A stretch of DNA of 64,000 bases from NCBI RefSeq assembly GCF_006345805.1, contig NC_043017.1:23808001-23872000 (forward strand). Direction: 5' to 3'. The notes under the pieces were generated by a model. It had not been told where the DNA came from and searched no databases. It saw nothing but the letters and a program-made list of their open reading frames with translations. How positions within the stretch are numbered: the stretch's first letter is position 1; each line of letters starts with the position of its first letter. Source of the DNA: Octopus sinensis (taxonomy: Eukaryota). A program made the position numbers and the translations under genes. Positions 1 through 13,677 of this stretch are shown here, piece after piece.

Positions 1-245
1 TGGTGCATGAGAGAGTTCGATGCAGCTGCCCTCATCTGCACCTCCTGCCGTGAAGTTGGTTCATCTGGGACACCTGAAAGGAAGAGATCCAGTTTTATTT
101 TAAATACATCCACCCAATGCAGGTCTCTTAGGTTCTTCGGGAGGATATTGAAGAGCTGTGGGCCTCTGAAGCCCAGGCTATCACAGTATCTTGTCCTACA
201 TCTTGATGGCAAATTTGGAGTCCTTGGCACTATGCAGTGGTGCAT
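1..245 (-). mobile_element. CR1/L2-type LINE ORF2 C-terminal fragment
   Basis: Minus frame reads approximately SLGFRGPQLFNILPKNLRD...FKIKLDLFLSGVPDEP. Confidence 0.7.
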
Positions 246-1782
246 CTTTTTGTGTATAAACATGTTTATATTTTTATTGCTTAGTTAAGATGGATGTACA
301 ATGCTTTACAAGACCTGGCTGGTGGGAGAGAGAGGGAAAGACTAGGTCTGAATTAGTGGTTCCCAAAGAGGGTGGTACTGCTTCCAGTGGGATGGCATTG
401 AACCAAAGTGGTGCGATATTGGGATGGCCAAACGGGGGCAATGGATGTCAAAACAACAAAATAATGGGTTAATTAGTTTAAGTTTTATTTGTGAAATAAG
501 GTTGTTTTGAATTTGATGCAGAAAATGGTCGGTGTTTGAGGTGGTGATGAGTGATGGTAGGGGGCACTAGGAATGTGACCTCCATGCCAAATATGCAGCA
601 GCCCCAAAAAGCTTTGGGAACCATTGGTCTGAAAAATGCTTCCGACAGAATGGACATCACTTAGGTTTCTGGAGAGGAGAGAAAACTGTTGAAATGACAC
701 AAAAATGACTGAATGAGGTGGGGGTGCTTAATCAAGACTTGAAATGTCATTTCCAGAGACCCTGTGACTGGTTGGAAGAAGTTCTTGTCAGGTTGGAGCC
801 CTTATGCACTCAATTAAAAATACCCAAGATCCCAGTGGTGGTGTTAATACACAGTTTTAGCATTGACCCCTTTTTGTTTTGAAGTGCTTTTCCTCTCTTC
901 AATAAGATGACCTGGCTTGAATGCCTACAACGGAATGTACCCATCTATTAGTACCCCACACCCTGGCATTGGTGTTTCACTTTGTTAATATACAATTATA
1001 ACTGTACACCTTTTGTTCTTCCCTCACTATTCTCTCAACTGTTAGGCATTTTAATCAACCATAGCCAACCCCTAACTTGAAGGTACCAGAATTTAAAACC
1101 TTTTATAATTAAAAAATAAACATTTTACTGTTTTCAATGGTTAAGGTTAATAAAACTAGTTAACATTACTAGTCATCCTTTGCAAAGATAGTTAACATTA
1201 TTTGTTAATATTAATAAAAATGATTACCATTACTAATTATCCTTCATAAAGTTAACATTAATGGTTATCAGTTATAAAAAGAAATTATTACCATTGCTTA
1301 ACATTAATAAAAACTAATTACTGTTAATGCTGCCCATAAATAAAAGAAATTCTTAAAATTACAAACAAGTTTACTATCCAAGAAAGTTTGGGGTGGAATC
1401 TTAATTTAAACTTTTCCTTGCTTTGGGAATCATTCTTTTACTTTGATTTCTATAAGAACCAATTCTACGACATTTTGAATTCCTTGTTGTGGCAGACTGC
1501 TTTCTTTTAATTAAAAAATAAAAATATCCTTGGGTGAAGCATAAAACATGACAACTTCCCATTTCTTCTATCATTCCTGTTTTGCAAAAACAAAAAACAA
1601 AACAAAAAAGACAAATATAAATACACACCTAGTAAAATGGTAGAATTTTTTTATTTTATGGCAAAATTTTAAGAATTTTTTTGTGTTTGGAATTGTTGGG
1701 ATTGGAGAATATTTCTCTCCACTAATGTGCCTTACTTGCTTTTATTATTATTATTATTGTTTATTATTATTATTATCATTAG

Positions 1783-3030
1783 GGTGGCTGGCTGGCAGAA
1801 TCATTACTATGCTGAACAAAATGCTGCTAAGCATTTTGTCTGCTTTTACGCTTTGAGTTCAAATTCCACCAAGGTCGGCTTTGCCTTTCATCCTTTCAAG
1901 TTTGATGAAACAAGTACCAGTTGAGCACTGATGGTGGGAGTAGGGGTCAATGTAATCAACTATCCCCTCCCTCCACCCAAAAATATTTCAGGCCCTGTGC
2001 CTATTGTAGGAATCATTACCATGCTGGACAAAATGCTTAGCGGCATTTCGTCCATATTTATGTTCAGAGTTCAAATTTCTTGTGAGGTTGAGTTTGTCTT
2101 TAGCTCTTTTGGAGAAAATAAAATCAGTACCTTGGGGTTGAGTAATCGACTCATCCCCACCTCCACAAGAAGAAATTGATAATTTTGTGCTAAAATTTCA
2201 GCCCAGCTGACAGAATCTCTGGCAGATCAGACAAAATGCTGATTAGCATTTCTTCCTGCTCTCAGTTCCAGTCAAGTACTGGCAGAGTTGATGTTATAGA
2301 TTTGTCCCACCCTTCCAAATTACTGGCCTAGGGCTAAAATTTTGAAACAATTGTCATTGTTATTATTATTATTAAGATGATAAACTGGCTGAACCGTTAG
2401 CACACTGAACAAAATACTCAGAGGCAGCCTTACATTCTGGGTTCAAATTCCACCAAGGTCAACTGTGCCTTTCATCCTTTCAAGGCCGATGAATTAAGTA
2501 CCAGTTAAACACTGGGGGTCGATGTAATCAACTGCCCCCCCTTCCCCCAAATTTCAGGCCTTGTGCCTATGATAGAAAGGAAGGTAGCAAGCTAGTAGGA
2601 TTGTTAGCACACCAGACAAAATGGCTTATGTTCTGAGTTCAAATATTCCTTATGTTCTGAGTTCAAATTACACCATGGTTGACTTTGCCTTACATCCTTT
2701 CGGGGTCAATAAAATAAGAACTGGGGTCAATTAAATCAACTTACTTCCACCCTGAAATTGCTGGCCTTGTGCCTAAAAGTTGAAACCATTATCGTTATTA
2801 TTATTATTAGATGGTGGCAAGCTGGCAGAATCGTTAGCATGCTGGACAAAATGCTTAGTGGCATTTCATCTGTCTTTACGTTCTGAGTTCAAATTCTGCC
2901 GGGGTCAACTTTACCTTTCATCCTTTCAGGGTCCATAAAATAAGTACTAGTTAAACTCTGGGGTTGATGTTATCAGCTCATCTCCTCCCCCAAAATTGCT
3001 ACCCTTGTGGCAAAATTTGAAACCATTATT
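1783..3030 (+). mobile_element. Cluster of about six head-to-tail tRNA-derived SINE copies
   Basis: Repeated GGCAGAATCGTTAGC...GAGTTCAAAT...CTTTCATCCTTT...AAGTACCAGT...GGGGTC units with (ATT)n tails. Further copies at about 6248-6470, 37930-38150, 40358-40570 (-), 45345-45480 (-), 62675-62890 and 63860-64000. Confidence 0.88.
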
Positions 3031-5615
3031 GTTATTATTATTATTATTAGTTCTTATTTGTTTGTTTTTTTTTTCTTCTACTTCTTCTTCTTAATCTTAA
3101 AATGTTTTCTGTCATCAGATTTGCTTCAGTTTTGCATTTTATTCCTTTTTGGGTATTTGACAATTTCTATTATTGTACAGTTTTGCAACCTCATAATAAT
3201 TTCAAGAGGAAACTTATTTACATTTTGTTCCCATATTTTCAAATGGCAATCTTATTAAAATAAGCCCTATGACTTAAGGGATTGATCAACTTTTTAGGGA
3301 ACCTAACTGAGTCTTCACTTCCAAAATCATTTTAATAATTTCAAAGCCAAAACTGATCACATTCATTAGTTTATACAAATTTTTATTGTTTTTCTTCCTT
3401 TTTTTTTCTTATTTTAATTCACTGTTATATGATATTTAAACTTTTAAAGATGTTTATTCCAAACGATGTTTTTGAAAAACAATGGTTATTTCTGATAAAA
3501 TGTATTTCACAACCACCTTGCCTCAACGTAGGCGGTAATTAATGAATCGTTTTTTATTACCGCTCCCCTACTTTTTTTTTATTAAACATATCATTCGGCA
3601 AATTTCAGAAAAAATTCCCAAAATGGGTCATCCTTGGATTGAACTAATCTCTTTTAGTGTCTTCATAATACATAAGATTTAATGAGGGAAACTGTGTGGT
3701 GGCTTGACCTGGTAGAAATAGTAGCAAAATCTCCTTCAAATCCCATCCCAGCATTTTCTAAAAAGACAAGACACATTGCATAATGTAGCCCTGGATATAC
3801 AATGTCTGAAATAAAAAACAGGATAGTCATGGCTGGAACACTTTTAACGATCATAGTTGGCCAGGGATTAAAGAATAACCATATATCTTTTGAAAAGCAG
3901 TAAGGCATGTGATAGCTAAGCATCCAATGACCCAGTATTCAGTAGTATAATAGTGCATAAAATAAGTAAATGCTATCAGTTCTTTCTTTTTGTCTTGTTT
4001 TCACTATTTGTACTGTTTTTTTTTACTTCTGTTCACCCTTGTGACAAATAAGTCATTAATATTAGGTGAACATTACCTTCCATATTTTGTGGGTAGATAA
4101 AGCAGGTACCAGTCAAATATAGGTACAAAATATTGATATTCTGGAACCGTTGCTTCCCAAAGCTTTTTCTGATTACTGATTTTTCTTAACCAGATGATAA
4201 TCAAGAATTAAAGAATTAAATGAAATACAGGTAGTTGTACTTTAGTATAAGTGATACAAGCTTATTAATACTGTACTGTGACAGGTAATGTGAAACAGGG
4301 CTTCCTGGTAAACTAGTTCGGCAGCTGCATGAATCTGCAGTTCCTGCTCATTAATTAGTGCAGATCAGAAGAGGCTCTGGACCATCACTGTCTGAAAAGT
4401 CAATGTTATATTTGTACGTCAGTTCAACCCCCACCATTTCTTTTTTGTCTTAAAATTGTAAAGGACACATTAACCCTTTAGTGTTCGCATTATTCTACCA
4501 AAATTAATGCTTTTTCATCCACTTTGTTTTGAACTAGTTATACATTATTTTGTAGTTTTGAGATTTTGATGAGGTAGCTGTTCATTTTTAAAACGATATT
4601 GTAGGGTTGGTGTGAGAGATCAGATCAGGCCAGTTTGAACATAAAAAAGGCAGAATACTTTTGGCCGGTTTAAATATTGTAGTCTTAGATGTATTTTTAA
4701 ACAGATGGAGGTGGTCACAGTTGGAATGCTTTTGATCATAAGTTGGCTCAGTCAGAGTTTACCTAGTGCCAAACAACAACAAAAACGTTTTTGATTAATA
4801 AAAAGATTGTTAATTATTTTTCTGTTATATTGTTCCCATTGAAATAATTAAGATTGCTAATGAGCCAGTTCAACTGCTATTTCTGTCAAAGGTAGATCAA
4901 TTGCTATTTCTATCAGGTAGATCAACCATCTAGAAGTGTCCCTGTAGAGGTGGTTGCTTCACTATTTTGTAAAGTTTAAATTAGTTTCTCCACCACTTGA
5001 CCACTAATTAAACACACAATGTCCATCTGCTTCAGTTGAGCAGCAGCAATATCTTTTTATATCAGGTATGTGAATTTTTTAATATTTCTTATTTCTACCT
5101 TTTTCCATTGTTCCAAAATCAGATTCTTTTTTTTTTTGTCTTTTTCTTTTAGTTTTTAAACTGGCAAAATTGAAAAATTTCAAAAATTTGAATTAAATTT
5201 TTTAAGGCTTTAAAAAAAAGTAATAGAAAAAGTGGTCTTCAAACCTGAATTTAAAATTTAAATCAATTTTTTTTTTATTAATATTCAAATTTCAACTTCC
5301 CCTTAAAAAATTTTTTAAACATGAAAAAATGTCTCAATTTTAAATGTCTCAATTTTAACAATTTCAAATCTCAATTTATATATAATTCTAAAAAAAAGCT
5401 AACAAAAATATCTAAATTTCCATGTCTTTTTTTTTTTTCTGGAGTGAGATGGCTGGGTGTGGCTGTTTGTGAAATAAGTCTGAGTCAAATCAGCGACGTC
5501 CAAATAGCTATGCCAAAACATCTCATGGCCTGTCTTTTCACAACTTGAGTTTATCTGATGTGGAGTCAGAACAACTGACATCTTTCCCATGTGGTCATGG
5601 CATCCAATAGTTTAA

Positions 5616-5838
5616 CCCTTTTGATACAAACCTGTCCGAGAACACCCATGGTTCTTTGATACAAACTTCTTTCTTCAGAATGATCTTAGTTTTAAAAACC
5701 TTCCTTAAAAATTTCTTGTCAACTTCTGTTCCAAACGCCAGTCGAATAGTGACAGTTATTTTATTAAATTCTTCATTATTTTCAAAATTAATTGAAACAA
5801 ATGCAGTGTATTTCAGTAGAAAAATGGTAACAAATGGG
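5616..5838. mobile_element. piggyBac-type MITE (second family)
   Basis: TTAA-CCCTTTTGATAC...GTAACAAATGGG-TTAG. Confidence 0.75.
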
Positions 5839-6559
5839 TTAGGCACCAAATTTACTGCAGTCTCTGCTATTTTATTGATTTATTCTCTATAAATGCCCTG
5901 TTGTTGTTATTCTTATATAACATTTCTGTTCCTGCTAAATCTATTGTTGGTGACCTCTCTAATCAGTGTTATTACAAGTTATCCCATTTTTATATTTTCT
6001 GAAGCTTACCATTGTTTTTATTTTCACAAGTAGTACATTGCTGTACTATTAATGGTCATCTTTTCTTTTATCTGTTGTTGTTGTTGCTGCTATTGCTATT
6101 ATTATCATTTTATATTTTTGTTGCTTTGTTTGCTACAAGATGTTCCAAGTCTCTCCAAGCAACAGCAAGTTGGATGTTTTTCTATGGGTGTTACTTATGA
6201 TTAGCAATGATATACTGGAGGGAAAGGAAACAGATTATTATTATTAAAGTGGCAAACTGGCATAATTGTTAGTGTGCCGCGCAAAATGCTTAGCAGTATT
6301 TCTCCTGGTTTTATGTTTTGGGTTCAAATTCTGTTAAGATCAACTGTGCCTTTCATCCTTTCCGGGTGGAAGTAATAAGTATCAGTTGAGCACTGGGGGT
6401 CAATGTAATCGACTAGCCCCACCCCACCCCATCAAATTTCAGACCTTGTGCCTATAGTAGAAAGCATTATTATTATCATTATTATTATTCAAAAGCTATT
6501 ATATACTAATTTAATTAACAGGCATGTAATTCTGCAGCTTTGATATGGTTAACTGGACA

Positions 6560-7225
6560 TTCAACAATAAGTCTCCTAAAATCTCAAAAATTTTTCTTCA
6601 GATTCTTGCAGAATGCAGATGACACTTTTCTGCAGGTTGACAATGCTTGTTTCAATTCGAATAGTTTGGCTCTTGTGCCAAGTGCATCAATTGCCACAAG
6701 AACAACAACTGACATCTTTTGTCTTCCACTATCTCTTCTCCTCTCTTGCTGTGTCCTGATATTTCTAAGTTTCTTTGATATTCACTCATCTATTGCTATG
6801 TCTATGATCTTACGCTTTTTTTTTTTTACCTCTATAATCATATTTGGTCTTCTTGATTCAGTATTCATGGTCAGTCTATGGAGAAACCCCATAAAATCCT
6901 GTAATTATTATTCACCATCATAACCTCTGGTTTGTGTTCAAAACACTTTTCTGTCACTTGGAATCCACAAATATGGCTAACCTCCTTATACACGTTTTTA
7001 CTGACACAGTCATACCTACACTGATACTCCTTTAGTGCTAGCTTACTACATTCACTTAAGAGATGATTAATGCTTTCATCTCCTTTTCTACAGATTCTGT
7101 GTTTGCTCTCTGGATGAATTGTATCACTCTTTATCTTCATCAGCTTAGTTCTAATGGCTTGTTCTTGTGCAGCAATGATTAGCAATTCAGTTTCTTGTTT
7201 CAGGTTTCTATCTGTCAGCCACAAC
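6560..7225 (-). mobile_element. R4/Dong-type (RLE) non-LTR retrotransposon C-terminal fragment
   Basis: ETELLIIAAQEQAIRT, decayed CCHC knuckle (RICRKGDESINHLLSEC), ILWGF, RRPNMII...IIDIA (PD-(D/E)xK-like endonuclease). Confidence 0.85.
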
Positions 7226-9182
7226 GAATGTTGGCTGAATCGTTAAGACATTGAGTCAAATCCCTTGCAGTATTTGTACCAGTACTTAACATTCTGGGTT
7301 CAAATCCATTAATTTTCCTCATTCTGGGGGTCAGTAAATTAGAATACCAAGTACTGGGGGCTGATATAATCGAGTGTTCCCTTTGATGTTATTATTTTTA
7401 TTAGCAACAATATTTATTATAACAACTCCTTGGGTTGTTTTTCTGATAATTTCTTCTGAGGACTCGGTGCATGATGTAGTGGTTAGTGTGATCAGCTCAT
7501 AATCATAAGGTTGTGGGTTCAATTATTACCCAGGGGTCATGTTGTATCCTTTAGCAAGGTTCTTTATTTCATATTGCTCTAGTCTACTCTCAGCTATAAA
7601 TGGGTATCAACGATGTGCTGTTGTTGCTGCCCCACCTCTCTCTCTCCTCTGGTTGTCACATACTGAATGCTCTGCTGGATCAAGGATGAGAAGGCTGAGA
7701 GGGTGTATGTATTGAAATCCCAGCTAAAGTGAGGTGTTAAAATTTTCATAGAATTTTCACTCAAATATTTTCTCTTTTTTTTTTATTGTTAGACAACAAT
7801 ATTTTTATCAATATTATTATTATTATTATTTATGCTAAGCCTAAATTGAGAGAGTGACAGAAATAGTGCAAGTTTGGACGAAATACTAAACAAATTTTTA
7901 GTTATATTCTTTTACACTTTGATTTTAACCCCTATTTTTCCTTTTCTTGAAGCCTGATAAAATAAATACCAAGATTGGTAGCAATTCATTGGAATTTACT
8001 GTAACCCCTCCACTTCCTTTAGAAATTTGTGGCTTGTATGGATTAATGTTGAATTGATGATGAGGGAACTCTTTGGGTTTATATTCCATTTATTCCTCTA
8101 GGGTTGACATTACCAATTAACCCTCTTTAGTTGACATTGTCCTTTAATCCTTTTGAGTTTACATTGCCTTTTATCCCACTTGGGTTGATATTGCTCCTTA
8201 TTACCCATTTTGGGTTGATATTGCTGTTTATTGTTCCCCTTGGGCTGATATTGCCCTTTCTCTGCCTTGGTTGATTATGGTACCACTGTTCTGCTGAGGT
8301 TGCTCTTATGTTTCATCCGTTTGGGGTTGATGAAATAAGTACCAGTTGAACACTGGGGTCAATGTAATCGATTATCCCCACCCCTTAAAATAGCTGACCT
8401 TGTGTCAAAATTAGGAAGAATTATTGTTTATTGCAAAAACAAAGAATGACCAACTCTTGGCTCTTGTACAATACACGTGTCTTCCATTGTTAAAAAAAGA
8501 ACTCTTTGACTATTGAGCCATGTTTTTAGTGATCAAATACTATGACCTAGGATTTGCTCTCTCTAGCAAGTCAGTGTTGGTAATGAAAAGTTTATGACTA
8601 AATTTCAAATTCTGGAAACATTCAAGTCTTTAGTTGTTCTCTCCGTTCAATTTCCCAGTTTTTCCTCCCTAGAAGACTAGAAATGATAACTTTATAATTA
8701 TAACAACATTAGTTATATTGTCGGTGAAAATATGCCATAATAGAAAAAGCAGGGGCACCACAAACGTTGCTTAATCTTTCTTTGATTCCATGCACACCAT
8801 TACTTTCATAACTGATCTCATGTCCGTTAGTTGAGATCTGTCAAACATTTCAGTAATTATTCACAATGTGTTCTTCTCTTAATTTGATGATCCAGGAATA
8901 ATATTATGTATTTAGATTAATATCTCCTTGTTCTTCAATAGTTATCGGCTTTATTGTTCCTGTAAGTTTACCATGCTATTACTGTATTTCCTTTATAGAT
9001 GATTGTTGTCTTTCTAAATCTCCTGTGGTTATTGTTGTAAAACAACTAATAATCTTTCCATTGAACAGTTTCAATCCTCCTTTAAGACCACAGTTGCTTT
9101 CTATAAATAAGCTCCATTTGGCTTCTTCTTTTTAGAATTATATTTCTAAGTTTTCCCTTCTCATTAGTTCCCATGCAAACAT

Positions 9183-9572
<390 letters not shown>

Positions 9573-10569
9573 AGATAATTTGGAAATATCTAATCATTAG
9601 TGAAATGGAAAATAATCAGCAGAAAAATCCTTTTTTTTTTCCCCCCCTTTATCAAGTTTATACATATATACAGATAGATTGATGAATGAAGCTGCTTTTA
9701 TGAATTGTAGAGATTTTTTTCCCATGGTAGCACTAATTCTCTTGTTGTTGGGCAATGCTAATTAACCTTATTTGATTCTAATTCAGTGGATTACTTCAAT
9801 ACCAGGCGGCTTTGACATCCTGTGTCAGTCATTACTGAAAGGATTGAGTTTCTTGTGGCCAGTCTCAAGCCATAATTAGCTGCGGACAAATCATCAGCAA
9901 AGGATGCTGACAGATTAATGAAAGGAAGAGGTTGTGGACCTAGTTGGATCACAGAGATGCTGATCAAATATTATTGTATGAGATTATGTATTTGTTGATA
10001 TATGGAAATGGATAGAGGCCTTGAAATGCATCCCACTCAATGTGTAAATGCTCTCTCCCCCCCTCTATTATACTTTAACCCCTCGACTGGCACAAAGCCC
10101 ACACCTGCACCCTCTGTTCCACTTCTGTACACTCAGTAAAGTGGTTGGCATTTCTGTGGAACTTGGTGCAGCTCTCTGTCAAACTGTTCAACCAATGCCA
10201 ATATGGAAGATGGACGTAAAATAATGATGATGATGTGAATAAATAAGCATTGCATTAAACAAAGTAATCTGAATATTGAATAGTTAAACCTACAGAGAAA
10301 TAAGGTATGACATTTTCATCTATTTTAGAATATTTTGCTGGAAAAGTAAATATTTGCAATAATTCAAACTAATCTAGTATGATAAACAATTTATCTAATT
10401 TTGTGGCTTTTATTTCTTATATTTGTTATATTACAAAATTGTATTGCAAATTGTTATATGGAAATTAGAGTTCTGAATGTGTTCTGTACAGGTGTCATTT
10501 AATGAATTTAGTTCTTTATTTCCAACAGTACTGAGGTCTACTTCTTTTGTTGTTACACACCTGGTTTGT

Positions 10570-10618
<49 letters not shown>

Positions 10619-10748
10619 TATATATATATACTAAGCAATAAGGGTTCAGCAACGAATTGCCTTACCACATACCGAATTTAGAAATAGCAGTCAAAGGGTT
10701 ATAGCTATTTCTTCTACTAAAAAGGGAGATCTCAGTAAAAACAGCAAT

Positions 10749-10779
<31 letters not shown>

Positions 10780-11649
10780 TCTTGGTTTATTTTACTTGTA
10801 TATCACTGCATGTAATATTAGATTCCATTAGTTTAGCTCTGTTTCAGGGTAATGGGCACACTGATTCTCTTTCATAAAGATATATTGCCAAACATGTATC
10901 TGTATGTATCTGTACATTCACACTTAGACAAGAAGAGAGGGCTAAATGCATATCCATAAAGATTTACAGAGCAAATATTGTGTAAATAGTTTATCTTCTT
11001 TTGCCCCTCTTTTTTAATGCTTCAAAGAAGAATAGGGTGACCTTGACATTTTAGATAATAGTCTCCCTTGAAAGAAAAGGAGACAAAGGGAGATAATGAG
11101 GTGACGGAGAGGGACATAATGTGTGGGCTTGTGAAGGAAACAAGTTACAATAATGATTAGAGGGGAAAAGAAACTGGGAAGGGGAACATGGAAGAGTGTA
11201 AGCTAGGAAAGGTTATTCTTTAAAGTAGAGTCAGTAAGATGTTTGGGCAAGCATCCTTGTATGTGTGTGTGTGTGTACTTGGTAGCAGGCATCATATGGT
11301 AGAGTGCATTTACAATTCCGTCTTGCAAGGTGCATCTGTACGTATGGATTTGTGTATAAATTAGGTGCTGTTAGTACATGTTTTAGTGGGTTGTGCGACT
11401 GGGTCTGTGTGAGAGTCTGTATGCGTTATTATGTGTTGGGGTTGAATGTGTAATTCAAATATGGTTTGGTCAAAGAACAGCATGTGTCTGCCCGGAATGT
11501 GTGCAAGTTTCTGTGATGTTGTGTGTCAGCATGTACATAAAAAATGTTTGTCTTTGGCATCCAAAATCTCAAAGACATTCGTTCTACTTCCAACTTATCC
11601 AACATATTCTATTCATTTTTGTGTTGCTTTTTAACTGTATACATAACTT

Positions 11650-11930
11650 TATATATATATATATATATACACATAATGTATGTGTGTACTTATGTGAATA
11701 TATACACACATATATACATATATATATACACATAATGTATGTGTGTACTTATGTGAATAAATACACACACATATATATATATATACACATATATATATAT
11801 GCACATAATGTATGTGTGTACTTATGTGAATATATACACATATATATATATATATATGCACATAATGTATGTGTGTACTTATGTGAATATATACACATAT
11901 ATATATATTTATATATATACATACACATAT
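11650..11930. repeat. Compound minisatellite: 4 copies of cacataatgtatgtgtgtacttatgtgaata separated by (TA)n
   Basis: Unit starts near 11670, 11729, 11802 and 11859. Confidence 0.9.
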
Positions 11931-12554
11931 AAGTATGTATATGCATAGAACATGTCAGATTTACCACAAAAAAATTAGTTTATTTATTTTGCTGCCAAAT
12001 ATTCTCCTCATTCCTTTTGGTTGTATGTATTTAATGTATTAATTCTTGCTTTATAACAAACCTGTGATTTCTTCTTCAAATTTTTTATTAAACATTTGGC
12101 TGTAAAGATAGATTTTTTTTTTTTATCTCCCAACATGACCACACATTAATTTTGGGCAAAGTGAATAATTCTTTACATATATATACATATATTTTTTTTT
12201 TTTTTCATTTCTACCAATACTGAATAAATTAATTATAAAAACATACAAAATGTCTGTTGTCTTTTTGAAAGAAATTATTGTCTTCAGAATATTTTACTTC
12301 TTCTTGTTCCTAATATTGATCATTTGATCACTTACGGAAGAAAAATAAACATTTCTTTATCAACATTAAATTTGCATAAAAGCAATGAAAGTTTCTGTTA
12401 ATACAACCATATATAGGTGTAGGTGTGCTGTAAGAAGTTTGCTTCTGAGTCATATGGTTCCAGGTTCAATTTCACTGCATGGCACCTTGTGCAAGTGTCT
12501 TCTACTATAACCTCAGGTTGACCAATGTGTGTGTGTGTATGTATGTGTGTGTCT

Positions 12555-12937
12555 TTCTATAATAACTTTTTTTGACATTAGGTTTAAATACGTCATTTTT
12601 AACATCTATTTTGTAGTTGCCTCGGTGGTCTTGTGGGTAAAGGCATATGTTGGCAATGAGAAAGCCAGGGTGGGGTTCAATCCTACTCATGGCTTGTAAT
12701 AAGGGGGTCTTACTAAAATTTTTCACTTTTTTCCCTAGAGATGTGTATAAAAAATGAAAATGTTTAATAAGACCCCCTAGCATTTCCTGACAAGATTTGA
12801 AACCCTGCCTCTATGTACGGTTACCACTTATAAACACCTTTACCCACAAGGCCACCAAAGCAGCAACAAAAGTAAATAAAAAATAGTGATATTTAAACTT
12901 ATTTTCCAAATTGAGCTTGTTTAATACTATTAGAGGG
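12555..12937. mobile_element. Palindromic element with two inward-facing tRNA-like heads
   Basis: GGTGGTCTTGTGGGTAAAGG...GGTTCAATCC on the left; inverted CCTTTACCCACAAGGCCACC on the right. Partial second copy at about 13380-13660. Confidence 0.65.
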
Positions 12938-12957
12938 AAATTTGGCTGCTATTTCAA

Positions 12958-13372
12958 GCACACACATACATGCTCATAGTATATCAAGTCATTATTACTT
13001 AGATCAAGATAACACACAGACACACACACACATGCTCATAGTATATCAAGTCATTATTACTTAGATCAAGTTAACACACAGACACACACACATGCTCATA
13101 GTATATCAAGTCATTATTACTTAGATCAAGTTAACACACAGACACACACACATGCTCATAGTATATCAAGTCATTATTACTTAGATCAAGTTAACACACA
13201 GACACACACACATGCTCATAGTATATCAAGTCATTATTACTTAGATCAAGATAACACACAGACACACACACATGCTCATAGTATATCAAGTCATTATTAC
13301 TTAGATCAAGATAACACACAGACACACACACATGCTCATAGTATATCAAATCATTATTACTTAGATCAAGAT
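12958..13372. repeat. 60-bp minisatellite, 7 near-identical copies
   Basis: Unit cacacacacatgctcatagtatatcaagtcattattacttagatcaag(a/t)taacacacaga. Confidence 0.95.
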
Positions 13373-13677
13373 CAACCCTGATGCAGTAGGCCTATATTCA
13401 TTCACAGTTACCAGCCTAAGAAGGTTCAATCCTGCCTCCTACCCACAAGACTTTAAATAGAGGATCTTAATAAAACATTTGATTTTTGCTTTCTCATCAC
13501 TAAAGCTAAGTCTATAAAGACCTGAAAAAAAAATGATGATATGAACCTGTAAGTATTGAAACCCTATCCTCTCTTCACATGACAAGCTATCAACACCTTT
13601 ACCAACACCACCACTGCAACATCAACAACATTGCTCTATAAAATTAAATATTTCAACCTTACTTTGTTATTGATTAA

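Noticed and set aside
5000-5075. Plus-strand donor CAG|gtatgt and microexon-like motifs near 10290 and 17540
   Set aside because: No partner exons or protein similarity; such motifs arise by chance.
11393-11967. ORFs rich in Y/I/H/C, also at 23315 and 61807-62209
   Set aside because: Translations of (TA)n/(CA)n repeats.
12958-13372. CRISPR-like regular repeat
   Set aside because: Units are contiguous with no unique spacers, there are no cas genes, and the context is eukaryotic.
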